This document shows, piece by piece, positions 34,401 to 43,985 of a stretch of DNA of 63,791 bases. A program made the translations under genes and the position numbers. Every line of letters starts with the position of its first letter. Within the stretch, counting starts at the first letter, position 1. Where the stretch lies: positions 1 to 63,791 of the forward strand of contig JAHFDT010000001.1 in the NCBI GenBank assembly GCA_023248875.1, read 5' to 3'. Below the pieces are notes generated by a model, which saw only the letters and a list, made by a program, of their open reading frames with translations, was not told the DNA's origin and did not search any database. The DNA is from Myxococcales bacterium. GTDB taxonomy: Bacteria; Myxococcota_A; Polyangia; Palsa-1104; SHYY01.

Positions 34401-35651
34401 GTGGCTACGATAGCGCGAATGGATCTTCACATCGATGGCGAACAGCTGCAGCGCGACTTGGAGGCGCTCGCGCAGTTTGGCCGTAGCCCGAGCGGAGGCT
34501 GGACGCGGACGGCGCTGTCGGTCGCAGATGCCGACGCGCGGGGCTATGTGGCCCACCGGCTGCGCACGCTTGGCCTCGATATCCGCCACGACGAAGTAGG
34601 CAATCTGCGGGCCCGCCGCCCAGGACGAACCCCGGATGCACCGGTGGTGATGACCGGCTCGCACCTCGATACCGTGCCGTCCGGCGGCTATCTCGATGGG
34701 CCGCTCGGTGTGGTCGGTGCGCTGTGTGCCGTCGAAGCGATCGCGCGGGCGAAACTGACCACCCAGCGCCCGATCGAAATCGTGGTATTCGTTGGTGAAG
34801 AGGGATCGCGCTTTCCGCGCGGAACTATCGGGTCGGCGGCAGTGGCCGGCGATCTCCCAGTCGACGAGATTCTGGCGCTGCGCGATGCCGATGGAATTGG
34901 CTTCAGCGAAGCACTGGCCACCTATCGCGATACCGGCCCGCCGCTTCCGGCAAGGATGGCCCCCGGCACTCTGCATGCCTTCATCGAACTCCACATCGAG
35001 CAGGGCGGCGTCCTGGAAGCGGCCGGCGTTCCCATCGGTGCGGTGACGGCAATCGCGGGCCTGGTTCAACACGCGGTTTCTTTCCTCGGCGATGCGAACC
35101 ACGCTGGGGCCACGCCGATGGCCCTTCGCCGCGATGCCCTTTGTGCAGCGGCGGAATGGCTGCTCGGCCTGGAGCGAGCCGCGCATGAAATCGGACCGGG
35201 CGCTGTCGCTACTGTCGGCAAGTTGGTGGTATCGCCCGGCGGCAAGAACATCATTCCAGGGCGTGTCGACGCGATCTGCGATCTCCGCGCCAGCGATGGA
35301 GCGCTGCTGGATGCGCTGGATGCCCAGGTTCGTGCGCTTCTCTCCTCGACCCGACCCGGCATCCAGGTAGAACTGCGTCCACTGCAGCGCGTTGAGCCGG
35401 GCCCCATGGATGAACGCATCGTTGCTGCCATCGAGCACGCTGCCGAGCAGACCGGACGCCGTTCGCACCGGATGGTCTCAGGCGCCATCCACGATGCGCT
35501 GCACATGGCCCATCTCGGCCCCTCCTCCATGATTTTCGTTCCTTCCCTGGCCGGCAAGAGCCACTGCCCGGAAGAGGCGAGCCGCAGCGACGATCTCATA
35601 ACGGGGACGCTGGTTCTCGCCCACACTCTGGCGGATTTGGCGGGGGCTTGA
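34401..35651 (+). CDS. M20-family amidase (allantoate amidohydrolase / N-carbamoyl-L-amino-acid hydrolase type)
   Basis: The N-terminus …LQRDLEALAQFG…GGWTRTALS..D..AR.YV and the motifs GSHLDTVPSGGYLDGPLGV and EEGSRF are typical of this family. The start may be GTG 34401 or ATG 34419. Confidence 0.85.
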   Translation: MATIARMDLHIDGEQLQRDLEALAQFGRSPSGGWTRTALSVADADARGYVAHRLRTLGLDIRHDEVGNLRARRPGRTPDAPVVMTGSHLDTVPSGGYLDGPLGVVGALCAVEAIARAKLTTQRPIEIVVFVGEEGSRFPRGTIGSAAVAGDLPVDEILALRDADGIGFSEALATYRDTGPPLPARMAPGTLHAFIELHIEQGGVLEAAGVPIGAVTAIAGLVQHAVSFLGDANHAGATPMALRRDALCAAAEWLLGLERAAHEIGPGAVATVGKLVVSPGGKNIIPGRVDAICDLRASDGALLDALDAQVRALLSSTRPGIQVELRPLQRVEPGPMDERIVAAIEHAAEQTGRRSHRMVSGAIHDALHMAHLGPSSMIFVPSLAGKSHCPEEASRSDDLITGTLVLAHTLADLAGA

Positions 35652-36505
35652 TCGAGCTTCTCCGCCCTGACAAGATGATTTCTTGTATGGATACGAGAGC
35701 ATTCGAACTCGCTCGTCTTGCGGAGGCTGCACAGCGCCATGGGGAGGGCTATCGCCAGGCTCGCCCCTATCCCCACGCGGTGGTCGATGGGCTCTTTTCC
35801 GAGGCCACGCTCCGCCAAGTCCTCGCTGAGTTTCCTCCGCTCGGCGCTAATCCATGGCAGTCGACTCAGCATGCCGCGGAGCGAAAGCTCTCCACACCGG
35901 AAGAGGCCCATTTCGGCCCTGCGACCCGCCGCCTGTTCCACGAGCTCAACTCCGCTTCGTTCATCAATTTCCTGGAAGCGCTCACGGGAATTTCTGGCAT
36001 CGTTCCCGATCCCCATCTCATCGGCGGTGGATTGCATCAGACAGTGCGCAACGGTCTCCTCAAGGTGCATGTCGATTTCAATCGCCATCCCACGCTCCAG
36101 CTCGATCGGCGACTGAATGTGATTGTCTACCTCAACGAAGATTGGCGTGAGGAGTATGGGGGTCACCTCGAAATTTGGGACCGTGAGATGAAGCAGTCTG
36201 TCGAGCGGGTGCTGCCGATCTTCAACCGCTGTGTGGTGTTCAGTACCAGCCGGCACTCCTTCCACGGTCATCCCGATCCATTGACCTGCCCGGAAGGACG
36301 CTCGCGCAAATCGCTGGCACTCTACTACTACACCAACGGACGGCCTGCCGAGGATGATCCCGTGGAGCACGGCGTGGTGTTTCGCGATCGGCCAGGTGAC
36401 CGCGGCGCAGCGATTTGGCGCCTGCGCGGTGCCATCCAGCCGTGGGTGCCGCCAGCGCTCTGGTCGCTGGCCAGCGGGTTAGTTCGAAGGAGCCGGCGGC
36501 CGTAG
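35648..36505 (+). CDS. 2OG-Fe(II) oxygenase superfamily protein (prolyl-hydroxylase-like)
   Basis: GGLHQTVRNGLLKVHVDFN (HxD), RRLNVIVYLNEDWREEYGGHLEIWD and FNRCVVFSTSRHSFHGHP (distal His) are present. The start is ambiguous: TTG 35648 or ATG 35675. Confidence 0.75.
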   Translation: MIELLRPDKMISCMDTRAFELARLAEAAQRHGEGYRQARPYPHAVVDGLFSEATLRQVLAEFPPLGANPWQSTQHAAERKLSTPEEAHFGPATRRLFHELNSASFINFLEALTGISGIVPDPHLIGGGLHQTVRNGLLKVHVDFNRHPTLQLDRRLNVIVYLNEDWREEYGGHLEIWDREMKQSVERVLPIFNRCVVFSTSRHSFHGHPDPLTCPEGRSRKSLALYYYTNGRPAEDDPVEHGVVFRDRPGDRGAAIWRLRGAIQPWVPPALWSLASGLVRRSRRP

Positions 36506-37114
36506 TTCCGCCAGCGTCTCCAGCACGCGTGTCGACACCCGCTCGATGCGGGTGGCCACATCGAGCATTTCGATGAGTTCCTGCCGGGCAACGGGATCGG
36601 TCACTACCGCAGCCGCCACGAGATCGGCCGTGGCCGAGGGATCGCTCTCCTGCCGGGCCAGGCTCCGCAACGTCTCTCCACCAGAAGGCAGCACGGTCGC
36701 AAGCCGATCGCACAGAACGATCAACGCATCTCGCGCCGACACGAGGTTCTCCTCTTCGTCGCACAGGTCATCGAGCACCTCCGCGTTCACCAGACGATAG
36801 GGTTGCGCTTCGTTCAACTCTTCGAGAATGCGCAAGCGCGCCGTGCCGTGGAGCAAGAGATCGTAACGCCCATCGTGGCGGTGGTGATGCGCCACGATTT
36901 CGCCGAGGCCGCAGATCGACTTGACCGGCGGCCGCCCCTCGTACTGATCCTCGTAGCCCGGCTCCAGCGTAGCGATGGCGAAGCGGCGCGAACCGGCCAG
37001 GCAATCGCGCGCGAGGGTTCTGTAGCGCGGTTCAAATACATGCAGCGGCAACAGCGAATGGGGAAAGAGCTGCACCTCAGGCAGCGGAAAAATTGCCAAG
37101 CGGGAGAGCCGCAT
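36479..37114 (-). CDS. Lon N-terminal (LON substrate-binding) domain protein
   Basis: The ATG at 37114 overlaps the SDR stop by 1 nt (TGATG). LAIFPLPEVQLFPHSLLPLHVFEPRYRTL is the canonical LON-N start. No AAA+ or protease domain is present. Confidence 0.8.
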   Translation of the reverse strand: MRLSRLAIFPLPEVQLFPHSLLPLHVFEPRYRTLARDCLAGSRRFAIATLEPGYEDQYEGRPPVKSICGLGEIVAHHHRHDGRYDLLLHGTARLRILEELNEAQPYRLVNAEVLDDLCDEEENLVSARDALIVLCDRLATVLPSGGETLRSLARQESDPSATADLVAAAVVTDPVARQELIEMLDVATRIERVSTRVLETLAELRPPAPSN

Positions 37115-37812
37115 CAGCCGAACACATCGAGGCAAGCACCGGTCATCGCGTCGGGCGCCTCGATAGCGAGGAAACGAACCACCTGCGCTACATCCTCAGC
37201 GTTCATTGCGGGAGAAAAACTGGTGCCCACCAGCATCTCGGTATCGACTGAGCCAGGGCAGACCGCGTTGACCTGGATGCCCTCGTCGCGGAGCTCCTCC
37301 GCCAGCGCGCGGGTCATCCCCACCAGGCCATGTTTGGCCGCACAGTAGGCGGTAAGCTGGGCAGTGCCCTGTCGGCCAGAGATCGAAGCGATATTGATGA
37401 TTCGCCCCGCCTTCGCTGCACGCATGGGCGGCAAAAAGGCGCGCGTCACGAGATAGGTACCGAATAGGTTCACGTCGACCACCTGGCGCCAGGACTCTAT
37501 CGGCTGCTCATCAAGGCGGCCGCGCGCGACGATACCGGCGTTGTTGATAAGAATGCGAACGACGCCCAGCTGCTCGCGAACCTGCTTCGCCAGCTGTGCG
37601 ACCTCCTCCGGGGAGGAAATGTCGCACCGATGGGCAAGAAGTTCGATCGGGCGCGCCGCCGCCGCTCGGATCGCACTCGCCGACTCGTCGAGCTGGCACT
37701 GAGTACGGGCACAGATAGCCATCGCTACGCCGGTCTGCGCGAGTGTGCAGGCGATCGCCCGCCCGATGCCGCGCCCTGCCCCCGTGACCAGCGCGACCCC
37801 GGAGGTCATCAA
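37114..37812 (-). CDS. SDR family oxidoreductase (FabG-like)
   Basis: VALVTGAGRGIGRAIA (TGxxxGxG), NNAG and the catalytic YCAAKHG (YxxxK) motif are present. Confidence 0.85.
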   Translation of the reverse strand: MMTSGVALVTGAGRGIGRAIACTLAQTGVAMAICARTQCQLDESASAIRAAAARPIELLAHRCDISSPEEVAQLAKQVREQLGVVRILINNAGIVARGRLDEQPIESWRQVVDVNLFGTYLVTRAFLPPMRAAKAGRIINIASISGRQGTAQLTAYCAAKHGLVGMTRALAEELRDEGIQVNAVCPGSVDTEMLVGTSFSPAMNAEDVAQVVRFLAIEAPDAMTGACLDVFG

Positions 37813-38264
37813 TGCAGCAGGCGCTCGAACGCCTGGTCGAGGGGCCGGCGTCCACGGAATCCACTATCGAGTTCGTGCCAGTAGCCGATCTGCTTCTCTC
37901 CGAGCCGCCAGCACAAGAGCACATCGCGCCCTTCCCGACGTACGACGAAGTCGCACAGGCCGGTATCGAGATCCTTCACCTGCACCCCTAGCTCGAGTAG
38001 CCCATCGAGCTCTTCGCCGAGCGTCTCGAGGAGAGCGATCGCACGTCCCCGAATCGCACGCACCTCGGGCGCACCCTCCGTGCGCCGGAGCGATTCGGGA
38101 TCCGTCGCTTCGCCCAGCCGATCGAGCGACGCTGCCGCCGAATGGAGCTCGGTCCTGATTCGCAGGATACGAGCAAACGTGCTCTCCAAATGGGGCACCA
38201 GGGCGTCGGCTTCCGCGATGGTGAAGTGGCGAATCGGGCGATCATCGCCCGCTCGGCTACTCAT
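37809..38264 (-). CDS. DUF2203-like protein
   Basis: The internal ATG at 38264 overlaps the upstream gene end by 8 nt. FTIAEADALVPHLE... and VKDLDTGLCDFVVRREGRDVLLCWRLGEKQIGYWHE match what I recall of DUF2203. Confidence 0.55.
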   Translation of the reverse strand: MSSRAGDDRPIRHFTIAEADALVPHLESTFARILRIRTELHSAAASLDRLGEATDPESLRRTEGAPEVRAIRGRAIALLETLGEELDGLLELGVQVKDLDTGLCDFVVRREGRDVLLCWRLGEKQIGYWHELDSGFRGRRPLDQAFERLLH

Positions 38265-39093
38265 TCTCTTCGTAAAGCAGCGTGTCCCGCTTTTCGATAA
38301 AGCGCTTGATCGCGTTGAGTGCGTCGGGCGACAGACTGGTCCAGCGGATGCCGCAACCAGCCTCCGATTCACTGGTGCTGTTGCAGATCCAACGCACCTC
38401 GCCCTCCACACGGAACGGCTCAGAGTTACCGGGCAGCGAGAGCATCATCTCCACCATGGTGCCCATGGGCGGCGATGATTTGGTGGCCACAAACAGCCCG
38501 CCTTCGCTGATGTTGTTGGTGATGCCCGCGTAGAAGTTGCTGGCTGAGCCCATGTTGACCGCCACCTTGAGCGGCACGCGCTCGTGCTGGCGTTGCTCGA
38601 CGTAGCGCTCCTCCGCCTCGCGTCGCAGGTCGGAAACCGACTTGATCTTTTCCTTGACGATCTCGGCGGGCGGTTGCAGCGAACCATCTTCATAGAGCAT
38701 GGTGTCCCGCTGCTCCACGAACTCGCGGATGAGGACCAGCGAATCCTCTGCAATCTTTGTGAACCGGATACCGCACCCGGCGAGAACACCGCTGGTGCCA
38801 CCCATCTTGCCGCGCACCCAACACACCACGCCCTCGATGACGAAGGGCTCGCCAATCGGCAACGAGAGGGTCATTTCGACTTCCGCATTGGCCGGCGGCG
38901 GATCGGTTGTAGCCACGAACAGGCCGCCCTCACTGATGTCGTTGGTGATCCCTGCGTAGAAGTTGCTGGTAGAACTCATCGTCACAGCAACCTTGAGTGG
39001 CACGCGCTCGTGAACGCGCCGCTCCGTCCCCGGTTCGATCGATTCGTTGCTCATCGTCTTTGGCGCTAGTTTCGCATAGGCCTGCTCGGCCAC
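38257..39093 (-). CDS. Tandem PilZ-type domain protein (two copies of the myxobacterial PilZ-like paralogous domain)
   Basis: There is an internal duplication. RRVHERVPLKVAVTMSSTSNFYAGITNDISEGGLFVATTDPPPANAEVEMTLSLP matches QRQHERVPLKVAVNMGSASNFYAGITNNISEGGLFVATKSSPPMGTMVEMMLSLP. Each copy is followed by a C(W/I)...GCGIR(F/W)T segment. Confidence 0.8.
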   Translation of the reverse strand: MAEQAYAKLAPKTMSNESIEPGTERRVHERVPLKVAVTMSSTSNFYAGITNDISEGGLFVATTDPPPANAEVEMTLSLPIGEPFVIEGVVCWVRGKMGGTSGVLAGCGIRFTKIAEDSLVLIREFVEQRDTMLYEDGSLQPPAEIVKEKIKSVSDLRREAEERYVEQRQHERVPLKVAVNMGSASNFYAGITNNISEGGLFVATKSSPPMGTMVEMMLSLPGNSEPFRVEGEVRWICNSTSESEAGCGIRWTSLSPDALNAIKRFIEKRDTLLYEENE

Positions 39094-39117
39094 GCAAGAA
39101 GTGCTTCACGAAGGGGA

Positions 39118-40323
39118 TTAGCTGGCTTTCTTCTCCCGGATCAAAACAGGCCGCTGGCGATTGACCACCACTTCGGCGTTGACCACGCACTCGCGCACGC
39201 CCGAGAGCGACGGGATTTCGTACATCACATCGAGCATCACCTCTTCGACGATCGCCCGCAACCCGCGCGCGCCAGACTTTCGGCGGTGCGCTTCCGTAGC
39301 AATCGCTCGCAATGCATCCTCGGTAAAGCGGAGCTTGACTCCCTCGAGCTCGAACAGCCGTTCATACTGCTTCGACAGGGCATTCTTCGGCTTCCACAGA
39401 ACTTCCGTCAGTGCATCCACGTCGAGCGCGTTGCAGGAGACGATGATCGGCAGGCGCCCCATGAACTCGGGGATCATGCCGTACTTCACCATGTCCTCGG
39501 TGCGCACCAGCGAGCGCAGCGCGTCCTTGTCGTCGTTGCGTTCGGCCAGCTGGGCGCCAAAACCCAGCCCGCGCTCGCCCACCCGGCGCCGCACGATGTC
39601 CTCGATGTGGTTGAACGCGCCGCTGCAGATGAACAGGATGTTGGTGGTATCGATCTGGATCAGCTCCTGCTGCGGTCGATTGCGCGCGCCGTCGGGCGTG
39701 ATGGTCGCGGTCTTGCCCTCCAGGATCTTGAGCAGCGCCTGCTGCACCCCTTCGCCCGAGACATCGCGAGTCGCCGACGGTCCCCCACCCTTGCGGGCGA
39801 TCTTGTCGATCTCATCGATGCAGACGATGCCGCGCGAGGCCTTCTCGGCATCGCCGCCCGCGTTGCGGTAGAGCGACTTGATCACGCTCTCCACATCTTC
39901 CCCGACGTAGCCCGCCTCGGTCAGCGTGGTGGCATCCGCAATCGCAAACGGCACATCGAGTTTGCGCGCCAGCGTCTGCGCGAGGAGCGTCTTCCCGCTC
40001 CCTGTCGGACCGAGCATGAGGATGTTCCCCTTTTGGATCTCCGTCTCGCCCGCCTTGGCCCCGCGCAGCACGCGCTTGTAGTGGTTGTAGACCGCCACCG
40101 ACAGCGCCTTTTTGGCGCGCCCCTGCCCGACCACATAGCGCTCAAGCTCCTCGGTGATCTCTTTGGGGCGAGGGTATTTGGGTCGCTCCTGGGCCTCCTC
40201 CTTGGAAATGATGTCGTTGCAGAGGCCGACGCATTCATCGCAGATGAAGACCCGTGGTCCGGAGATGAGCTTCCGAACTTCACGACGGCGTTTGCCACAA
40301 AAGGAGCAGTGAAAGTCGTCCAT
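39118..40323 (-). CDS. clpX: ATP-dependent Clp protease ATP-binding subunit ClpX
   Basis: The zinc finger is [26 protein letters not shown] and the Walker A is GPTGSGKT. The ClpX-typical IGF-loop region ([10 protein letters not shown]) and sensor motifs are present. Confidence 0.95.
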   Translation of the reverse strand: MDDFHCSFCGKRRREVRKLISGPRVFICDECVGLCNDIISKEEAQERPKYPRPKEITEELERYVVGQGRAKKALSVAVYNHYKRVLRGAKAGETEIQKGNILMLGPTGSGKTLLAQTLARKLDVPFAIADATTLTEAGYVGEDVESVIKSLYRNAGGDAEKASRGIVCIDEIDKIARKGGGPSATRDVSGEGVQQALLKILEGKTATITPDGARNRPQQELIQIDTTNILFICSGAFNHIEDIVRRRVGERGLGFGAQLAERNDDKDALRSLVRTEDMVKYGMIPEFMGRLPIIVSCNALDVDALTEVLWKPKNALSKQYERLFELEGVKLRFTEDALRAIATEAHRRKSGARGLRAIVEEVMLDVMYEIPSLSGVRECVVNAEVVVNRQRPVLIREKKAS

Positions 40324-40400
40324 CGAGACCCTCGTCTTGACGATAAGTGTCGCACGAAATGGGCGATTGTGCCAACTGCGTTTGGTGATAGTCTCGCCCC

Positions 40401-40862
40401 ATGGCGCGCGTCTCGTGGGATCGCTACTTCATGGACATCGCCCGCGTGGTCTCCTCCCGCTCGACCTGCGAGCGCAAGTACGTCGGTTCGGTGATCGTAC
40501 GGGACCGGACGATCCTCTCCACGGGCTACAACGGGTCGATCCGCGGGCTGCCCCACTGCACGGAAGTCGGCCACATGATGGAAGACGGCCATTGCGTCGC
40601 TACCATCCACGCCGAATCGAACGCCATCCTCCAGGCGGCCAAAAACGGCGTTCTCATCGATGGGGCCACCTGCTACGTCACCGCCTCGCCCTGCTGGAGC
40701 TGTTTCAAGCAGATCGCCAACACCGGTCTGCGCCGGATCGTCTATGGCGAGTTCTACCGAGATCCCCGGATCTTCGAAGTGGCGACCCGGCTCGGGATCG
40801 AGCTGCACCACCTTCCGGCGGGCGCGGAGGAGGCGCTCGTCGCTAGCCCGAAAACTACTTGA
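40401..40862 (+). CDS. dCMP deaminase (ComEB-type cytidine/deoxycytidylate deaminase)
   Basis: The zinc-binding motifs HAESNAI (HAE) and PCWSCFKQI (PCxxC) are present. Confidence 0.85.
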   Translation: MARVSWDRYFMDIARVVSSRSTCERKYVGSVIVRDRTILSTGYNGSIRGLPHCTEVGHMMEDGHCVATIHAESNAILQAAKNGVLIDGATCYVTASPCWSCFKQIANTGLRRIVYGEFYRDPRIFEVATRLGIELHHLPAGAEEALVASPKTT

Positions 40863-40888
40863 CCGCCTGGGGAGTCGCGCCCTAGACT

Positions 40889-41599
40889 GTGGGTTTGTTG
40901 TCTGGATGGCCGACATATCTCGTTTGTTTCAGCGGAGTTATGCTGCTGATGGGCAGTTCTGCGCACGCCGATCGGCCCGATCCGGGGGGGCCCTCCTCCG
41001 TCCGACCGTTTGAGCGCCACACCCAGCTGCGCCGTAAGAAACGTCACCCCCCGGTGCTCTCAGGCTTTCTTGTGCCCCATTCGCAACTACGGGAGGAGCC
41101 CCTGCCGCGGCCGTCGGGCCATTTGAAACTGCGCGCGGTCAATTTCCGTACTGAAGCCGAAGTGGATCTCTACGGCCCGGACGGGGGCTATGATGACGAG
41201 GCGCTGGATACGCTCAACCACCTGTGGCGCTGCCGCCGTACGGGGACCGAAAAGCCGATCGACCCCCACCTGTTTGAGATTCTTTCGGCCATTCAAGACC
41301 ATTTTGACGGGCGCACGATCGAGCTGGTGTCGGGTTTTCGCAACCAGAAACGCACCACCAGCTTCCATTTTCATGGCAGCGCCGCGGATATCCGCATCCC
41401 CGGCGTTTCAGAGAAGACGCTGCACAGCTACGTGGGAACGCTAGACATCGGGGGCATGGGGCTCGGCCGCTACCCGCGCGCCGGCTTCATCCACGTGGAT
41501 GTCCGGCCCGAACCGAGCTACCGCTGGACCGACTATTCGGCACCCAACGAAAACATGGGACATCCGCATCGAAAACGTCGCAAAGCATCGAATTCGTAG
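40889..41599 (+). CDS. DUF882 / YcbK-like M15-fold peptidase, secreted
   Basis: Has a signal peptide. ELVSGFRNQKRTTSFHFHGSAADIRIPGV...GGMGLGRYPRAGFIHVDVRP matches the DUF882 core. Confidence 0.75.
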   Translation: MGLLSGWPTYLVCFSGVMLLMGSSAHADRPDPGGPSSVRPFERHTQLRRKKRHPPVLSGFLVPHSQLREEPLPRPSGHLKLRAVNFRTEAEVDLYGPDGGYDDEALDTLNHLWRCRRTGTEKPIDPHLFEILSAIQDHFDGRTIELVSGFRNQKRTTSFHFHGSAADIRIPGVSEKTLHSYVGTLDIGGMGLGRYPRAGFIHVDVRPEPSYRWTDYSAPNENMGHPHRKRRKASNS

Positions 41600-41601
41600 A
41601 T

Positions 41602-41712
41602 CTATTTTTTTTCCTGCTTGGCCTTTTTCTCTTTGTGCTTGAGCCAGAACCCGTAGGTTGCGACGAGCAGGACGAGGCCGGTCGTCATGAGAATTCCCTC
41701 CATGCCTTTCAT
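41602..41712 (-). CDS. 36-aa single-TM mini-protein (tentative)
   Basis: The translation is MKGMEGILMTTGLVLLVATYGFWLKHKEKKAKQEKK. Its ATG overlaps the stop of the upstream 65-aa ORF (ATGA). No other support. Confidence 0.3.
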   Translation of the reverse strand: MKGMEGILMTTGLVLLVATYGFWLKHKEKKAKQEKK

Positions 41713-41906
41713 CGCTCCTCCTTTAGCAAAGATAGACCTGCGACAAGAGCACGAATAGCAGAAAAAAGACCTCCGACAGCCACCCACCCACTGAACGGCT
41801 GATCCTGCAGCAGTTGATCGATGATCGGAAAAACCGCCACCAGCGCGCTCACCTCCAGGCACCAGCCGGCGATCGCCCTTCTTCCAACACTCGCATCCTC
41901 CATCAC
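41709..41906 (-). CDS. 65-aa two-TM small membrane protein (tentative)
   Basis: ORF-track entry with two hydrophobic segments, translationally coupled to the 36-aa ORF. Confidence 0.35.
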   Translation of the reverse strand: MMEDASVGRRAIAGWCLEVSALVAVFPIIDQLLQDQPFSGWVAVGGLFSAIRALVAGLSLLKEER

Positions 41907-42004
41907 GAAACAGTTGTCGGTGGCTGCCGCGAAAAGTTGCGTAAGCCGCTTGACACCTGGGGAGGGTGCACCTATAACCCCGGGTTTCCATGCGGAGCTG
42001 TACG

Positions 42005-43054
42005 ATGCCTTTCGGCCTGCGAATCTTCTTGGTGCTGGCTGCAGCCGCGGCGCTACCGGCCTGCTCGTCCTGCCGCCGCTCCGCCGATTCGCAGGGGGAT
42101 ATCGCGCTTTTGCCCCAGGAAACGGGCGTCCTCTTCACCGCCAATTTGGAAAAGGCGCGCACCACCGCTTTTTGGCGCAAACTCATGGAGCTGCGCGGGG
42201 GCGAAAAGAGGGCCGCCGCCACCCAGCCGCCGGCCGGCGACGGCGCCCCCAAGGACTACGAAGAGTTCGTGGCTCGCTGTGGCCTGGATCCGCTGAAACA
42301 GCTGACATCCATCGCCATCGCGCTTCCGAGCGCCGGTCCAGCGACCGCGATGTCCGGTCAGTTTGGGGCCATTTTCCATGGCACATTCGATCCACAAAAG
42401 TTAGTCGCCTGTGCCCGCGCGACGGTGAAACAGGATGGCGGCGAGCTCAAGGAGGAGGATTACGCCGGTAAAAAGGTCTACACCGATACCCTATCGAGCG
42501 CGATGAGCTTCACCCTCCTCGATTCGCATACCACCGTGGTGGCGGGTCGCGAGTGGATCAAGAAAATGGTCGACCTGGCCACCGGCAAAGCGGGCGCCGG
42601 TGCTCGCGCCAACGCGCCGCTCGTCGAACTCCTGAAAAAGGTCGATGGTGCGGCAGCTTTTTCGGGGATCGGACTGGTTTCCGACGCGATGCGCGCCCGC
42701 CTCAAAGAAGATCCGCGGCTGGCGGTCGCGGCTTCGATGAAAGATGCCTACGGCTCGCTCGATTTTACCACCGGAGCAATGCTTTCGGCGGTCGTGGACC
42801 TCGGCAGCGATGCGGCGGCCAAGGAGCTCTCCGACAAGGTCTCCCAGCAGGTCCAGGAGTGGAAAAAGAGCAGCCGAATCATGATGATGGGGCTCGCTTC
42901 CTACATCGATGCGATCCAGGTGGTGTCCCACGGTTCGGCCTTTCAACTGAATGTGAAGCTCACCCAGCAGCAGCTCGATGAGTTGATTATGCGAGCTCAG
43001 GGTCTGCTGGGGGGCGGAATGATCCCCCCGATGGGGAGGGCAGTCGCACCATAA
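42005..43054 (+). CDS. Lipoprotein of unknown function (first gene of the EutN-paralog operon)
   Basis: The ATG at 42005 gives MPFGLRIFLVLAAAAALPAC, a lipobox. About 350 aa with no recognisable domain. Confidence 0.6.
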   Translation: MPFGLRIFLVLAAAAALPACSSCRRSADSQGDIALLPQETGVLFTANLEKARTTAFWRKLMELRGGEKRAAATQPPAGDGAPKDYEEFVARCGLDPLKQLTSIAIALPSAGPATAMSGQFGAIFHGTFDPQKLVACARATVKQDGGELKEEDYAGKKVYTDTLSSAMSFTLLDSHTTVVAGREWIKKMVDLATGKAGAGARANAPLVELLKKVDGAAAFSGIGLVSDAMRARLKEDPRLAVAASMKDAYGSLDFTTGAMLSAVVDLGSDAAAKELSDKVSQQVQEWKKSSRIMMMGLASYIDAIQVVSHGSAFQLNVKLTQQQLDELIMRAQGLLGGGMIPPMGRAVAP

Positions 43055-43068
43055 AGGAGTTGGAAATC

Positions 43069-43410
43069 ATGGCCACAGGCAAGAAGTCCCCGCTCGCGCA
43101 GGTGAAGGATCTGTTCAAGAACAAGGAGGCGCTGGTCGACCATCTGCTCGGCAAGCTCGAGCTTGGCGATGCCTCGAAGGACGATGTAAAGGCGCGTCTC
43201 TTGGCCGCTTCCAATAAGAAGCTGCTGCGCCTGCTCGAGGTCGCGAGCGAAGTGAAGGAAAAGTACGGCTCCTCGGAGAAGTTGGCCGAGACGGTGGCCA
43301 AGGCGGTCGGCAAAGCGAAGGACCAGGCCTATGTCGCCAAGGTGGCGCAGCTGGCCAAGCGGTCGCCGGCGCGCGTGCTCGACCTGTTGAAGTCGGCGAC
43401 TCGCAACTAG
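43069..43410 (+). CDS. Small Lys/Ala/Glu-rich helical protein
   Basis: The ATG at 43069 lies 9 nt after AAGGAG (43054-43059). The 113-aa protein looks helical and amphipathic. Its stop directly abuts the first EutN-like start. Confidence 0.55.
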   Translation: MATGKKSPLAQVKDLFKNKEALVDHLLGKLELGDASKDDVKARLLAASNKKLLRLLEVASEVKEKYGSSEKLAETVAKAVGKAKDQAYVAKVAQLAKRSPARVLDLLKSATRN

Positions 43411-43656
43411 TTGCGGCTGGCCCGGGTGATCGGTCCGGTGTGGGGAGCGCGGCGCGCGCGGACCCTGCAAGGCGTAAAGCTTCTCGAAATCGAGTGCGAA
43501 GGGGGCGACTGCCTGGTGGCGGTGGATGCCCTCGGTGCAGGGCCGGGCGAGCAGGTGCTGGTCGCGCACGGTTCGAGGGTGCGCGACCTGACCGTCGGGG
43601 CAGAGGTCGCCGATAAGGACATCGTGGTGGCGATCGTCGACGGAGTCGACCGGTGA
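43411..43656 (+). CDS. EutN/CcmL-family (BMC-P vertex pentamer fold) protein, paralog 1
   Basis: MRLARVIGPVWGARRARTLQGVKLLEIE...LVAVDALGAGPGEQVLVAHGSRVR...DIVVAIVDGV follows the EutN/CcmL consensus (MKLA.VIG.V.......L.G.KLL.V......VA.D.VGAG.GE.VLV..GS.AR.......D..IV.IVD). TTG start. Confidence 0.8.
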   Translation: MRLARVIGPVWGARRARTLQGVKLLEIECEGGDCLVAVDALGAGPGEQVLVAHGSRVRDLTVGAEVADKDIVVAIVDGVDR

Positions 43657-43985
43657 TCTTGGGGCGCGTGGTCGGCGAAGTGTGGGCGACGCGGCGCCAT
43701 GCGGGGCTCGACGCGCACAAACTCTTGGTGGTGCGCCCCTATTTCTGGTACGCCCCGCCCGCCGAAACGTCCCACCTCGTCGCCGTCGATACCGTCGGTG
43801 CGAACGTTGGACAAGAGGTTTTGGTGTGCCTCGGCGAGGGCGCACGGCGCACCGCGGGCAGCGGCAATCTACCGTTCGAAGCAGCGATCGCGGGCGTAGT
43901 GGACCGCGTCGAGATCGCTGCGGACGTGGGGCTGCGGCCGCTCACCTTCGTCGACGGCATCGCGCCGGAGGGCGTGGTCCCATGA
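43653..43985 (+). CDS. EutN/CcmL-family protein, paralog 2 (with insertion and C-terminal tail)
   Basis: The translation is MILGRVVGEVWATRRHAGLDAHKLLVVRPYFWYAPPAETSHLVAVDTVGANVGQEVLVCLGEGARR...FEAAIAGVVDRV followed by a tail of about 25 aa. The GTG start overlaps the previous stop (GTGA). Confidence 0.75.
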   Translation: MILGRVVGEVWATRRHAGLDAHKLLVVRPYFWYAPPAETSHLVAVDTVGANVGQEVLVCLGEGARRTAGSGNLPFEAAIAGVVDRVEIAADVGLRPLTFVDGIAPEGVVP

